DNA of 64,000 nt, taken from positions 40,920,001 to 40,984,000 of the forward strand of contig OZ024741.1 in NCBI GenBank assembly GCA_964016885.1. Direction: 5' to 3'. Positions within the stretch are counted from its first letter, which is position 1. The number at the start of each line of letters is the position of its first letter. The notes beneath the pieces are model-generated. The model made no database searches. It was not told where the DNA came from and saw nothing but the letters and a program-made list of their open reading frames with translations. The position numbers and the translations under genes are program-made. This document shows positions 24,705-37,913 of the stretch, one piece after another. This stretch comes from Eledone cirrhosa (Eukaryota).

Positions 24705-25790
24705 ACCAATCATCGTTTTTATTTGTTTTTCTACACCTGCATGAGTTGGATGGGTCTTTCTCAGCACAGTATCTCTCCACATATCACAATCCTTTGTCAT
24801 CTCCACTGTGAGTCTCAGTGATTTGAGGTCAGCTCTCACAACCTCTGCCCAGAACTTTCCTGGTCTACTTCTACTGCAACTTCCTTCCACTGCTACTTCT
24901 TCACCCAATGATCATTACCTATGTCTATCACATGTCCACACTGATGCAGTCTTCTCTCCTGCACACCACCTTAAATTCTTCTGAAGTCCAGTTTCTTCCT
25001 CAACTCATCCAAGCTCTGCCTTTCTTTCACACTTACATGACCTCTGGCGTCACACAGTAATACAGAGTACCCGACCTCCCATGGCTACAAGCTGAAGCAT
25101 ATAGACAATATGCCCCCCACACCCTCCCACTGCAAAGTGGTCGTGGAGGTGCCATGGCAAAAAAGCACCCAGCCCACACTGTAAAGTGGACGTGTAGGCG
25201 CCACGGAAAAAAAAGCACCCAGCACTCACTGTAAATGAGGTTGGTGTTAGGAAGGGCATCCAGCTGTAGATATCAAGCCAAAGTCAGTTCCTGTATGAGC
25301 AAGGCATGGTCAGCCGACCAGACACTGCTCACAACAGGACAACCCGTCTAACCCATGCTAGCATGGAAGAACGGACGTAAAATGGTGATGATGATTGTAC
25401 ATCCAACGGAGCATAGTTGCTTCATTTCTCTCCAATCTAGCATGACTTTTGCAGTCACAGCCCATGTTTCAATACAATGCAGCATCGCACTTCACACACA
25501 GGTGTCATACAGCTGTGTTTTTGGACATAGGTAGAAAGCTTTTGTGGTCAACAGTGGGAGTAGTTCTCTAAACTTTTTCCATCCTATTCTTATTCTAGCT
25601 ATTATGCTTTCTGAACACAGTCCTCCATTGCTAATTACATAGCCTAGATAGCAGAAGCTACCAACCACTTGTTAGGGTCCTTCCTGTGACTAGAATAGGC
25701 TTACATCACTGGTTATCTTCCCCCTGGGTACTCCTGTGCATCCTCTACAAAAAAGTCTTCCTTTCCTGTTAGTTTACTTGTTATCCCACA
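24705..25790 (-). mobile_element. Old RTE 3' region split by a nested plus-strand RTE 3' copy (25038-25394)
   Basis: The minus-strand reading ...LRWMYNVSVKERQS... rejoins across the insert; the insert matches 43110-43460. Confidence 0.75.
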
Positions 25791-27647
25791 ACAACTCTTA
25801 TAATATTCTTTATTATGGCTAAGTGATGAGTCTTGTTACTTTGGAGTTTCACCTGTGTACTCACAGGATCACTGGACAAAACTGAATATTCAGTGTCAGA
25901 TTGAGAGTATATATAGGAAACAAAATGAAGGTGAGAAGGTGGTGGCTGTTTTTGAATGGGATGAGTATGTGGGGAGAGTGACTTTTAGGGAAGATGAGGA
26001 CTGTGATAGAGAGGATATGAGGAAGGCAAGAAAGAAAAGAGAGAGAGTCATACATACACCCACACACAAGCATATACAAGGTATATATCAACAGGCACAC
26101 ATGCATACACACATACATACCAACACACCGTCAAAAACACACATCCATTAGCAATACACACTAATACACTCACAGATCCAACCAACCACACATCATCATC
26201 ATCACTAACAAAATATACACCACTCCAACAAAGATATGCACATAGATACATATTGAACAAAAAGTCAAAAACACACATCACCTCACATTGGCCTGCAAGA
26301 ACAATCGCAATGAATTCCTCTAAATTCTTTAAATTATGTCAGCAAAACCTATTGCATTGACATACCATAGTTTTCACCCTTAATGTAACACCCTATCTAC
26401 CCCATCCACTTTATATTCAACCACAGATCACTTTTGGTTACTGCAAAGCACACACCAAAAAATATTTTTTCACAAGGTGCACTGGCATTCTCTCTTTCTC
26501 TTTTCACACACATCTCAAATATAACATGCACACTCAGAAAATGCACCGCATCTACATACACATATCAGTTCCAATGATACAGATGTTCAGCCAGCACTTC
26601 AGCACAAAGGACTACTTACCTGTCCACTTCACTCATACTGATAAACACGTTTTTCTTTTTTCTTCAACCAACCAACCTCTTTCTCTTAATATCACTCATT
26701 CTGATGAAAGACTAACATTTGGTATGTTAGGACATTCCTTTTCTTTTTCCAACAAGCGTGAAACTAATAAGTCTTTGTGTAATTGTATCTTTATAATCTT
26801 GAACTATATATATTTATGCACACAAACACATACCTATATGTATTATACACATCATACTGCTAGTCTCTCTCTCTCCTCCTCACTCTCTCTCTATCCCTGT
26901 ATATATATATATATGTATATATATATATGCGTGTGTGTATGTTAGCATGGAAAATCAGATGTAATTATATATATATACATACATATGTATATATATAAGC
27001 ATACACACACACTATATATATATATGTGTGTATATATACATACATACATACATACATACATATACATATATATATATATATAAAATTCCATTGTGAAGGT
27101 GTTTATGTGCGTGTGTGCTTGAGTGGTAAAACCAACAGAGTTATTATATTGCTGCCATTATGTCTCTATTGGGACTGAAATACTCAAAGAGTTTACTGAC
27201 AATTCTAATAGACTGTCAAACTGAATCAATATATCAAAATGGTAAGCAACATTGCGTTCTCAGGCTAGGTTTCAAGTTCTAACACTCATTACCAAAAAAC
27301 GAACTGTTTATATTTTTTTTCATTTTTGTTTTATTTTATTATCTTTTTGTTTTTCTTTGCATATTTTTTCTTGTCTCCCCATTGTCCTCTCTTTTTCTTT
27401 CATCAAACATGGCTTGTGGCAAAGGCTGGTAAATAATAAATTTTCTTTTTCTTTCTCACACAAACACACTCACACACACTTACATCCATATATTTGTTTT
27501 GAATGTACAGAAAGACAATACACACATACACACACACATGCTAATGTATATACACACATATACACACACACACATGCTCATGTATATACACATATACACA
27601 CACACACATGCTCATGTATATACACACATACACACACACATATATAT

Positions 27648-28112
27648 CATCATCATCATCATCATTTAACGTCCATCTTCCACGCTTGCATGGATTTGGA
27701 CGGGAATTTTCCCACTTGAGGCAATATTGGTTGTCTTGCTCGTATAGGACTGTCTGGCGGGTTTTCTACAGCTGGATGCCCTTCCTAACACCAACCACGT
27801 TTACAGTGTGGACTGGGAGGTTTTTACCGTGTTACCTACACAGCCCTTTACAGCGTGGACTGTGTGTATTTTTGTCGTGACACCTACACGACCTCATTTA
27901 TTTCGGACTGGATGTTGTGGTACCAACATAACTTTACATCGAAAGGGGTGGTGTGGATGGGGTAGAGTAGTGGGACGGGGGTGTATTTTTATTAAGAGGT
28001 GCCTACTGACTGTAGGTTTCGCTTTGTACTTAGGCAAGGCAGGTCTTCTGTATTACTGTGTAGCGCCAAAGATCTCGGTCCAGTGACATTGTCTTGGAGA
28101 GGTGTAAGTGTG
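27648..28112 (-). mobile_element. RTE 3'-end/UTR copy
   Basis: (CAT)n followed by TTTAACGTCC...CAGCTGGATGCCCTTCCTAACACCAACC. Confidence 0.8.
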
Positions 28113-28164
28113 ATACATATATATATATACATATATATACTTACATATATATATATATACATAT

Positions 28165-28507
28165 ATCATCATCATCATTTCATTTTACGTCCGCTTTTTC
28201 CCTGCTTGCAAGGGTAGGACGGGAACTGATTCTGGCTTGATTTCTACAGCTGGATGCCCTTCCTAACACCAACCTCATTTACAGTGAGTGGTGGATGCTT
28301 TTTTGCTGTGGCACCTCCACGACCACTTTGCAGTGGAATGATATGGACCCCAGTCCCTATCATCTCATTTCTACAGCTGAGTAAACTGGAGCAATGTGAA
28401 ATAAAGTTTCTTGCTCAAGGAAACAACACATCACCCGGTTTGAGAATTGAACTCACAACCTTTCAATTGCAAGGCCAATGCTCTAACTACTAAGCCATGT
28501 GCTTCCA
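28165..28507 (-). mobile_element. Family B CORE-like SINE, full length
   Basis: A and B boxes, TTCCTTGAGCAAGAAACTT CORE-like block, RTE tail. Confidence 0.85.
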
Positions 28508-29161
28508 TATATATATATATATATACACGAACATATATATATATATATACCCAAGTCCAAAGGAAGTGGACCATCAACTACACCAAAGTTCTACGAAACT
28601 CGCCTAGGCAGGTCCCCCTCTCAACCAAACAATCACCCCATCCATGTCTGTAATATGACACGGTTATAGTTTACTGCTAGCCACCCTGCCAGTGGCATTT
28701 GGCCGAAAGCCAGTGGGGGTGGGAGAGTATGAGTTTCAATAGGTCCCTATACTACCCCTAAATTAAGTATGGACAGTAGGATTGACCATCACCCGCTAAG
28801 AGAATATATACTTATTTCTAGGTATTATGGTTTCACTGTGGAAATTATGATTGAGAATTAGAAATTAAAATTAAAAATTAAAAAAATTACAAGTTAAAAT
28901 CATGATTGAAGTAAGTAAAAAAATATATATACATATAATAACTAATAAATAGGGAGATGTTTAAATTATAGTAAGAAGGATCAATATTACAGATATATTA
29001 TCCATATATTGAACGATAGTACCGTACAGTATAACGGAGGGTAAATTACAGTATGAAACATAGTAATTAGGCAAATACATAGTTAATATCTCTATCACAT
29101 GAATCAAAACAAAAAATACAAAATATAAAATACACAAAAAATACAAAAAATACATAGATGC

Positions 29162-29335
29162 AAAATGAGATAGGAGATATATATGTAAAATGAGATAGGA
29201 GATATATATGTAAAATGAGATAGGAGATATATATGTAAAATGAGATAGGAGATATATATGTAAAATGAGATAGGAGATATATATGTAAAATGAGATAGGA
29301 GATATATATGTAAAATGAGATAGGAGATATATATG
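29162..29335. repeat. 25-bp minisatellite x7 (AAAATGAGATAGGAGATATATATGT)
   Basis: Units start at 29162, 29187, 29212, 29237, 29262, 29287 and 29312. Confidence 0.95.
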
Positions 29336-29706
29336 AGAAACATATACGAGGAAGGTAAAGTGTATGGAAATGAGGGTATAAGTGGTTAAGATGATTGTCA
29401 ATTTTGTCCATTTAAAGGGCATATAAAAATTCGTTATCTAATGAAGTGAGGGAGCTATCATTCAAGGCCTCTGTCCAAATGCAATTTGCTGCAGGAAAAT
29501 AGGGGTTTATCGTTGTTTTTAGTTCCGCGTATTTATCCTGTCGAAAGTTAGTTTATAATTTTATGTCCGTCCAGTATCAGGGATTTCCAGTGTGTGTAAT
29601 CAATCCCCATGGTAGAGGGGATTTCCGGGTGTTGCTGATGGCTGGTTCCTCTCTTCTCCACTATATCGGTTACACCATAGAGCGCTCAACGTTTTGGAGC
29701 TAAATT

Positions 29707-30187
29707 CTTAAGGTAAACATTGATACAATTCAATTCAAGCACTCAATGTAGTTTTTCTACATAGGAGTGACGGAGTATATATCGAATAAGAAAAAGTGAA
29801 GTAGTTTCAGACGTTAAAGTCCTTTAATGATAATGCTGTGATACATATTTCAATGACGACAGCCTGCGCAGACTGGTGGGGGTGAATTGGGACTCACAAG
29901 GGAACGGGCGAAGAATTCAAGAGCACTGTTCCCATGTCGATTGAATTTGGATTGCCTCGGAAACATAACCTTATTATGTAAGGAGCTGTCTGATGATGTC
30001 ATAGCACTGGGTACACTGAACCGTGTGGTCACTGTCATCATTGAAATATGTATCACAGCATTATCATTAAAGGACTTTAACATCTGAAACTACTTCGCTT
30101 TTTCTTATTTGATATATACTCCGTCACTCCTATGTGGAAAAAGTACGTTGAGTGCTTGATTTGAATTGCATCAATATTTACTTTAAG
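29707..30187. repeat. Long inverted repeat (~156-bp arms, ~170-bp spacer)
   Basis: 29707-29862 is the near reverse complement of 30032-30187. Confidence 0.9.
29985..30059 (+). ncRNA. Type I hammerhead with enlarged stem II
   Basis: GCTGT-CTGATGA-TGTCATAGC...CTGTCATCATT-GAAA-TATGTA-TC^-ACAGC; stem II ends resemble those of the 18704 HHR. Confidence 0.65.
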
Positions 30188-30200
30188 TATATATATATAT

Positions 30201-30814
30201 ATCATCATCATCATCATCATCATCATCACCGTTTTACATCCGTTCTTCCATGCTAGCATGGGTTAGACGGGTTGTCCTGTTGTGTGCAGTGTCTGGTCGG
30301 CTGACCATGCCTTGCTCATACAGGAACTGATTTGGCTTGATTTCTACAGCTGGATGCCCTTCCTAACACCAACCTCATTTACAGTGAGTGCTGGGTGCTT
30401 TTTCGTGGGGCCTACACGTCCACTTTACAGTGTGGGCTGGGTGCTTTTTTGCCGTGGCACCTCCACGACCACCTTGCGGTGGGGGGTGTGGGGGCATATT
30501 GTCTACATGCTTTAGCTTGTACCCATGGGAGGTCGGGTACTCTGTATTACTGCGTGACGCCAGAAGTCACGGTCGTGTGTCATTGCCTTTGAGAGGTGTA
30601 ATTGGGTAAGGTCGGCTTTTATCACCTCATCCCAGGTCATCTTGGGTCTCCCCACTCCACGGTTTCCATCAACTTCTAGTGCTCTGCACCTTTTTATGCA
30701 GCTGTCATCCTTCATACGCATCACATGTCCATACCAGCGCAACCGCCTCTCCTGCACACAGCATTTGATTCCTCTTATGCTCAGTCTCTCTCTCAATTCA
30801 TTTATGCTTTGTCG
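30201..30814 (-). mobile_element. 5'-truncated copy of the 40830 RTE family
   Basis: RQSINELRERLSIRGIKCCVQERRLRWYGHV...STRPPMGTS* plus 3' UTR and (GAT)n tail. Confidence 0.9.
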
Positions 30815-31344
30815 TATATATATATATATAAACACATACACATACGACATGTGTACAAGGTAGTATTTTTCTTCCATACATTTAGTTGATACAAATGTAG
30901 AATTGGTAGTGGTTTTTCTGTTTTTCACTTGATTTTATTTCATTTTATCTTTGAAAATATTTAGTTCTAACAATTGGTAAACTTGGAGCCATTCAGATAC
31001 AAAGTGGTAGGATTTAGAAAAGAGAGATCTCTTACTCAATGAGTCCCTAGGCGTTGGATAGTTCAATGACCTCTAGATCTAAGAATTATCAGTGAATTAT
31101 AGATTATGATATGGAAATAAATTGCCCTGAACCAAATATGAGTTGTTCATTATTGATGCTTAGAACCTAACATCCATCCAGCCTAGTATTGATAGGTGAA
31201 GCCATGAAAAGTAGCAGGGGGGTGGGGTGGAATCTCGGTGAAAGTATCATTCATCAACCAAGCATGACATTCACATGATATTTGGCAGAGAAACATCTTT
31301 GGTGTCAATGACCAGGATCCCAAAATTCCTGAAGTGAATTACTG

Positions 31345-31749
31345 TTAACCCATTAACATTTAAACTGGCCGTATCCAGTCAGAATTCTCTCACCTTTTTC
31401 TGTTCAAAGTGGCCATAACCGTCTTCTCATATGAATGTTAAGGTATTCTTCTTAAAATAAATAATTGTTTCTACTTTAGGCACAAGGCCAGCATTACTGG
31501 TACTTTATTTTATCGACCCCGTAAGGATGAAAGGCAAAGTCAACCTCGGCGGGATTTGAACTCAGATAGTAAAGGGATGTAACTATGCTGGAAAGCATGG
31601 CGTCCGACCCTCTACTGATACTGCCAATCCACCGCCCTTTTTAAAATAAATAATATTAAAATCTCATAGATTCGATATTATGTGAGATAAAGCCTTTACC
31701 ACAAAAATACAATAGTAAATATAGAGTAATGTAAATACTAAAGGGTTAA
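31345..31749. mobile_element. TTAA MITE containing a nested family A SINE (31466-31638, minus strand)
   Basis: TTAACCC...AAAGGGTTAA ends; SINE flanked by a TTAAAATAAATAAT duplication. Confidence 0.85.
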
Positions 31750-32409
31750 ACGACTATAGAGTTGGTGATCACTTATGTTGTTAAGCTACAGTGATACATG
31801 ATTTTAGAGCAAAGGAACCATTGAGGTCAATGGCCAAGATCTCCAAATTCCTGTCTGTAGAATTGGTGAGTATAGATGTCATTAGGTTACAGTAAAAGTG
31901 AAAAAGTGATTGGCATAGGAATGTTGCTAAATCAATGGTCACGATCTTCAAATTGTTGAATTATATTACTGTTAATATCTGTAAACCTGGTGAACATAGA
32001 GCTTATTAAGCTTCAGTGATATACTATATTGGGTAGAGGAAACTCTCTGAGATCAATGACCAGGATCATTAACTTCTCAAATTGTATTACTGTTAACATC
32101 CAGAGACATGGTGACCACAGATATTATTAAGCTATCAAAGGGTTTGAAACCAAGGCAAGCTTGACCTCATGATGATGATTGTCAAATGTTAAAATTGATC
32201 CACAGAATTCCAGATCAATCTAACAATCACTGATTCATAACTTAACATGTAGTGGTTAATCAAGTAGAGACTTATAAAATAAGTTCCTCTCTCTGCCATC
32301 TTCACCAGTTATCTATAGCCACTGGTTCTTTTCTTCTCATACACCATGCCTTTGCCAATGGTTTAGGTGTCAAGGTAGTCATGACCAGACACAGTCACCT
32401 CGATCCATA

Positions 32410-32830
32410 TGGCCATCACCTATTAACAGCTAGAGAGAGAGAGAGAGCTACATCTATTTAATCCACAGATAACCATTACCTATTAACAGTTAGAAGGAGA
32501 GAGAGAGAGCTACATCTATTTAACCCACAGATGACCATTACCTATTAACAGTTAGAAGGAGAGAGAGAGAGCTACATCTATTTAACCCAGATATGACCAT
32601 TACCTATTAACAGTTAGCGGGAGAGAGAGAGAGCTACATCTATTTAACCCAGATATGACCATTACCTATTAACAGTTAGAGGGAGAGAGAGAGAGCTACA
32701 TCTATCTAACCCACATATAACCATTACCTATTAAGAGTTAGAAGGAGAGAGAGCTACATCTATTTAATCCACAGATGACAATTACCTATCAACAGCTAGG
32801 AAAGAGGGCTACATCTATTTAATCCATAGA
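32410..32830. repeat. ~60-63-bp minisatellite x~7 with internal (GA)n
   Basis: Unit CCATTACCTATTAACAGTTAG..(GA)nGCTACATCTATTTAA. Confidence 0.9.
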
Positions 32831-33078
32831 AAGAAGCAAGGTTTATTTGATGGCAACATGTATCTGCTTTGTTACGTCATTGGATATATACAACTTTTTA
32901 TAACATATGTACCAGATTGAAATAAGTATTGGGATTGATATGAACAACAAAACTCTTGAAGACACCAACTTAGTACACAAGGGAGAATGTTTATGTACAT
33001 TTTCTTTATTATATATGACTGCATTTTACGGCCATGTTTTTTACCATTTCTGACAACAAACACACATATGAGTGTGTG

Positions 33079-33112
<34 letters not shown>

Positions 33113-33155
33113 TAAACACACATATATATATACAAATAAACACACACATATATAT

Positions 33156-33190
<35 letters not shown>

Positions 33191-33268
33191 TACATCATCA
33201 TCTTCGTTTAACGTCCATTTTCCACACTAGCATAGGTTATATTTATATATACAGATACATATATATAT

Positions 33269-33460
33269 AATTGTTTCTAGTTTTGGCACAAGGCCACCAC
33301 TTACCCAGTGCATTACTGGTACTTTATTTTATCGACCCCGTAAGGATGAAAGGCAAAGTTAACCTCGGCGAGATTTGAACTCAGAATGGCAAGGACCGTA
33401 ACTCTATGCGTCAAAGCATGGCGTCCAACCCTCTACCGATACTGCCAATCCACCGCCCTT
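33269..33460 (-). mobile_element. Family A SINE
   Basis: Close match to 50557-50745. Confidence 0.85.
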
Positions 33461-33506
33461 ATATATATACAATATAAGATCAAAAGATGGTTAAAAGAGT
33501 TCCAAG

Positions 33507-33577
33507 TATTGTATTATGCGCATTTCAAAAACAAATACCATCATGGGATGATATCTGCGTTCTCATCAGATAAAATA
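33507..33577 (-). ncRNA. Type I minimal hammerhead ribozyme, complete core
   Basis: TATTTTAT-CTGATGA-[GAACGCAGATATCATC/GATGGTATTTGTTTTT]-GAAA-TGCGCA-TA^-ATACAATA. Confidence 0.78.
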
Positions 33578-33773
33578 GGGAGACATGATATGAAGCTTAA
33601 AAAACACTTGTGAGCAGTGAAGTTTAAATCAACATATCTATATATACATATATACATATAGACAAAAATTTATATATATATATATATATATATAAAACGA
33701 AGGAAATGTGGTACGGAACTAGATGGACCATAATGCACCAAAGTACTCAATACTTAGGGTAGTAGAGTGGGTA

Positions 33774-33891
33774 ATAGGAATGAGTAGGACCCCGACGGCT
33801 GAGCTCAAGCCGTTTCGACGGCTAATTCTGGACTCAGAATTAGCCGTCGAAACGGCTTGAGCTCAGCCGTCGGGGTCCTACTCGTTCCTAT
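33774..33891. repeat. Near-perfect GC-rich palindrome (57-bp arms, 4-nt loop) made of two hammerhead 3' halves
   Basis: Arms 33774-33830 and 33835-33891 differ at one position; each strand reads GAAA-CGGCT-TGAGCTC-AGCCG-TC. Confidence 0.9.
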
Positions 33892-34398
33892 ATATATATA
33901 TATATATATATATACAGATACATATATATATACATATACACATACATTTATATATATATGTATATATATATACAGATACATATATATATACATATACACA
34001 TACATTTATATATATATATATATATATATACAGATACATATATATATACATATACACATACATTTATATATATATGTATATACATACATATATACAAAGC
34101 GCAGTTCAGTATGACCTGAATATAAGTTAGTCTATAGCCTACAATTCAGTTGGAATACATTACTACTATGGTAGAGATGGAGATGAGATTTCCCTCTGGT
34201 CAATTATTTTTCATTTGACTTTTTACCCTTTACTTTCAATCGCTTGTCATTTTTACTTTTCATTATTCATAAACAGATTCAACTTGCTGCCATATTTCTA
34301 TGATGTAAAAATAAACATACACACACACAAGCAGGGAAAAGCGGACGTATGATGATGATATATATATATGTATGTATATATATATGTATATATATATG

Positions 34399-34469
<71 letters not shown>

Positions 34470-35470
34470 GTACATATATATGTATATATATATATATATA
34501 CCCACACAGATATATACATGCACACACACACACACACATATATTTATATGAATATATATATATATATATATAGATACATATATATATATATAAATATATA
34601 CACATATATAAATATATACATACATATATATAAATATATACATACATATATATATACAAATATATATATACAAATATATATATATATACACACACACATA
34701 TATATATATATATGAACACATACATTTATACTATTACGTACATATATGTGCATATGTGTACATTTATATATACATATATATATGCATATGTGTGTGTATA
34801 TGTGTATGTCTGTGTGTGTATAAGATATATCTTTTCCAGTAAAGGAAGAATTCATGAATAAGAAATTTGAATGAAGAATATATATTGTCAAATATATCAA
34901 ATAACACTGTATATATTTGCATGTATGTATACATGAGTGCATACACATATCCACATATGTATAGCACATGTGAAGTAGAATTTTCAGGTAAAACAATACA
35001 AAGTCTCTGTGTCCTTACTTCCTATTCCTTACCCATGTTTTTCTTTTTTTTACACTCTTCTATTTTCCTTCCTTTTTTACCCTTCCTATGATCTCTTCCC
35101 TTTTTTTTACTTTTCAATGAAGGACTAGTATTCGAAACACTAAAACTCTTCTCCAACATTACGAAGCACTAAACTAAAATAACATTATTGTATTATTCCA
35201 TTCCCCTGTGTTGCTTTTCCATTTATGTACATGTGTATACATACATACACATATGTGCACACACACATGCATATGTGTGTGTATATACAGTTTATATCGA
35301 ATTTGCTGTTGAAATGGCATGAACTCAGTCATCAGGCCCTTACTCTCTACTATATCAGGTATCAGGTTCTCTGCCTCCTCCTCCCTCTCTCTCATATATA
35401 TAAAGTTTATCCCAGGTTCCTTTGGGGGTAACTACAGTAAGTAAGATACTCAATACAAAGCAGAGTATAA

Positions 35471-35638
35471 ATATTTAATATAGAGAAGGCTTCTACAGGA
35501 CTAGAACCGTTTCATTCGGGAGAAATCATCAGGAAGCTGACTGTCCAAGTAATATGGTACTTGGACAGTCGGCTTCCTGATGATTTCTCCCAAATGAAAT
35601 AGTTCTAGTCCTGTAGAAGCCTTTTCTATATTAAATAT
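35471..35638. repeat. Palindrome (81-bp arms, 6-nt loop) carrying divergent hammerheads on both strands
   Basis: 5 transition differences between arms; each arm GCTTC-CTGATGA-TTTCTCCC(G/A)AAT-GAAA-(CGG/TAG)TTCTAGTCCTG-TA^-GAAGC. Confidence 0.9.
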
Positions 35639-37150
35639 ATATATATATATGTATGTATGTATGTATGTAAAAAGTAAACAGAAATAACAAAGCAAACAAT
35701 ACAATACATTGAAGAAATATACTAGTTTAATGCTTGAATTAGCAGGAAAAGCCTTAACGTTTCGGACAGTTATCCTTCATCAAAAGATAGAGTTAGATGT
35801 AGTAGAAGATAGATAGAAAGATAAAGAGAGAGAAGAGGAATGAACGGAGGGAAAAACGAGAAAAAAACATGTGCATATTCAGTCAGTCATTTTGGAGATT
35901 AGTTTTTCTCTAATTCTATGCAGGCATGCATTGATTGGTTGCATAGTCGAGGATTGAGTTGTTGCACTTCAAGATGAGTGGGGACTATTTCTTGACTCTG
36001 CTTTCCATTTGTGGAATGGTTTCTTACAGATGTGTAAATGTATATGTATATATGTGTATCTGTGTGTGTGTGTTTGTGTATATACACTCATACATACACA
36101 CAAACATATACATATAAATGTTGAAAGGTATTTCATTAAGAATGACAAATAACTAATTAAAGTAAGGTATTAAAGCAACTGACATTTGAATACTCAATAA
36201 AAGTGTAAAATAGAATATATATTGTGATAGTACTGTATAGATTAAGACAACATTAAAAGTAGTTTCAAATCTGAATACTAATGACTCAAGCAATCTTCAA
36301 GTAGTATAGTATAAGACTAGCATCTTCCATGAAGAGAAAACAGGGTGTATAACAAATTGCTAGATTGATATTGAACTTCCAATTGTGTACATTGTGCATT
36401 GAGATTTGAAAAGGAGCATAACTCATTTTAAACTTTTCCATAGCGAAGGGCTATCTTTGTGGTAAGAGCTACTTTGTATGATAGAAACTCATGAAAGAAG
36501 AAAAGAAAATATATAGGAGGGCCAATCAAAATTCAAATAAGTAAAATGGTCAAGGCAGATAAAGGAGGTTATTCTAAGTTTGGGAAAATAAAGTAAAGGG
36601 TAAGCTGGTAAAAGTAGTAAAAAATATAAGAAATAATAGCTCTGGGATAGTTGGGTAATTGTAGGAAAATATATAATAAATGAAATCAGTAAAATAAAGT
36701 ATTAACCTGAATAGAGAAGAGGAATCAAGTGTGTCAGATAGTAAGCAAAATACTTGCATCAAAATAAATTTCCATCTTAGAAGAGTATTGCAGCCATTAG
36801 ATAGAAAGATATTTAAGATATTCAGCATATTTTGACATCAACTACCTTCAGCAGAGAAGATAACAGCTTCTTCTCTCATACAAGACAACCATTACAGGAA
36901 AATAAACAACAACTACAACAACAATAGCAACAAATAAGAAAATAGACAATAAATAAAGAGCCAACAACAGGAGGGATTATGAAGAATGGTTTAGATCTGA
37001 CATGATGCCTAGAAGATCAGGTTAAGTACTTGTTGTGAACCTTTGTTTATATGTGCATATATATATATATATGTGTGGGTGTGTGTATGTGTGAATATAT
37101 ATATATGTGTGTGTGTGTGTGTGCATATATATATATTTTTTATATATATA

Positions 37151-37200
<50 letters not shown>

Positions 37201-37879
37201 CCATAGATAATATTGACAAATAATGTGAGTGTATAAGCATGTGTAGCTTGGGATAGCAGACACTTGTGTGCAATGGTGTACATGATTAAATGTGTTTGAG
37301 CGCATGTGCATTTGTGTACCGCATGTGCATTTGTGTAACACATATTTTTGTGAGATTGTGTATATTAAAGTACGTATATCTAGATATTTCAGTGTCTGTG
37401 TTGTGCAGGTTTTTTGGTGTTTACATTTAATAAAATATATGTGTTTGTTGCATGTGTTTTTGCGTACATTAAAGTGTGTTTGTGTATATTAAAGTATTTG
37501 TGTGTGTATGTGGTAGCAAATTGTTGTATGCTTGAGTTTTGTATGTGTTTTGGTAGTAGTGGATGTTTGTGTGTGTCTCTCGTTGTAGATATTTTTGCGT
37601 GATTGTGTATAATGATACATCTAATACACATATAACACATTTTTATCACTAACTTGTCAATTCTAAGGCTGTTGTTATTGTATTTTTAACTACAACACAC
37701 ACAGAACTACAACAATTTAGGGACACCAAACTGATAAACCATATACCACACAGGGTCACACCACAACGCAGAGACACAGCAGACTACACAGTATAAGATA
37801 GCACTTTAGAAGAAGCTCATCCCATCGCACTCTCTGTATATATATATATATCATCATCAAAGCGGATGTAAAATGATGA

Positions 37880-37909
<30 letters not shown>

Positions 37910-37913
<4 letters not shown>

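Noticed and set aside
28961-29422. 153-aa hydrophobic ORF
   Set aside because: Produced by the 25-bp minisatellite and AT-rich flank.
35290-35340. Other CTGANGA matches (35330, 40280, 52180, 52786, 62856, 7938, 22873)
   Set aside because: No correctly placed GAAA, stem II and stem I partner, so they were not counted as hammerheads.
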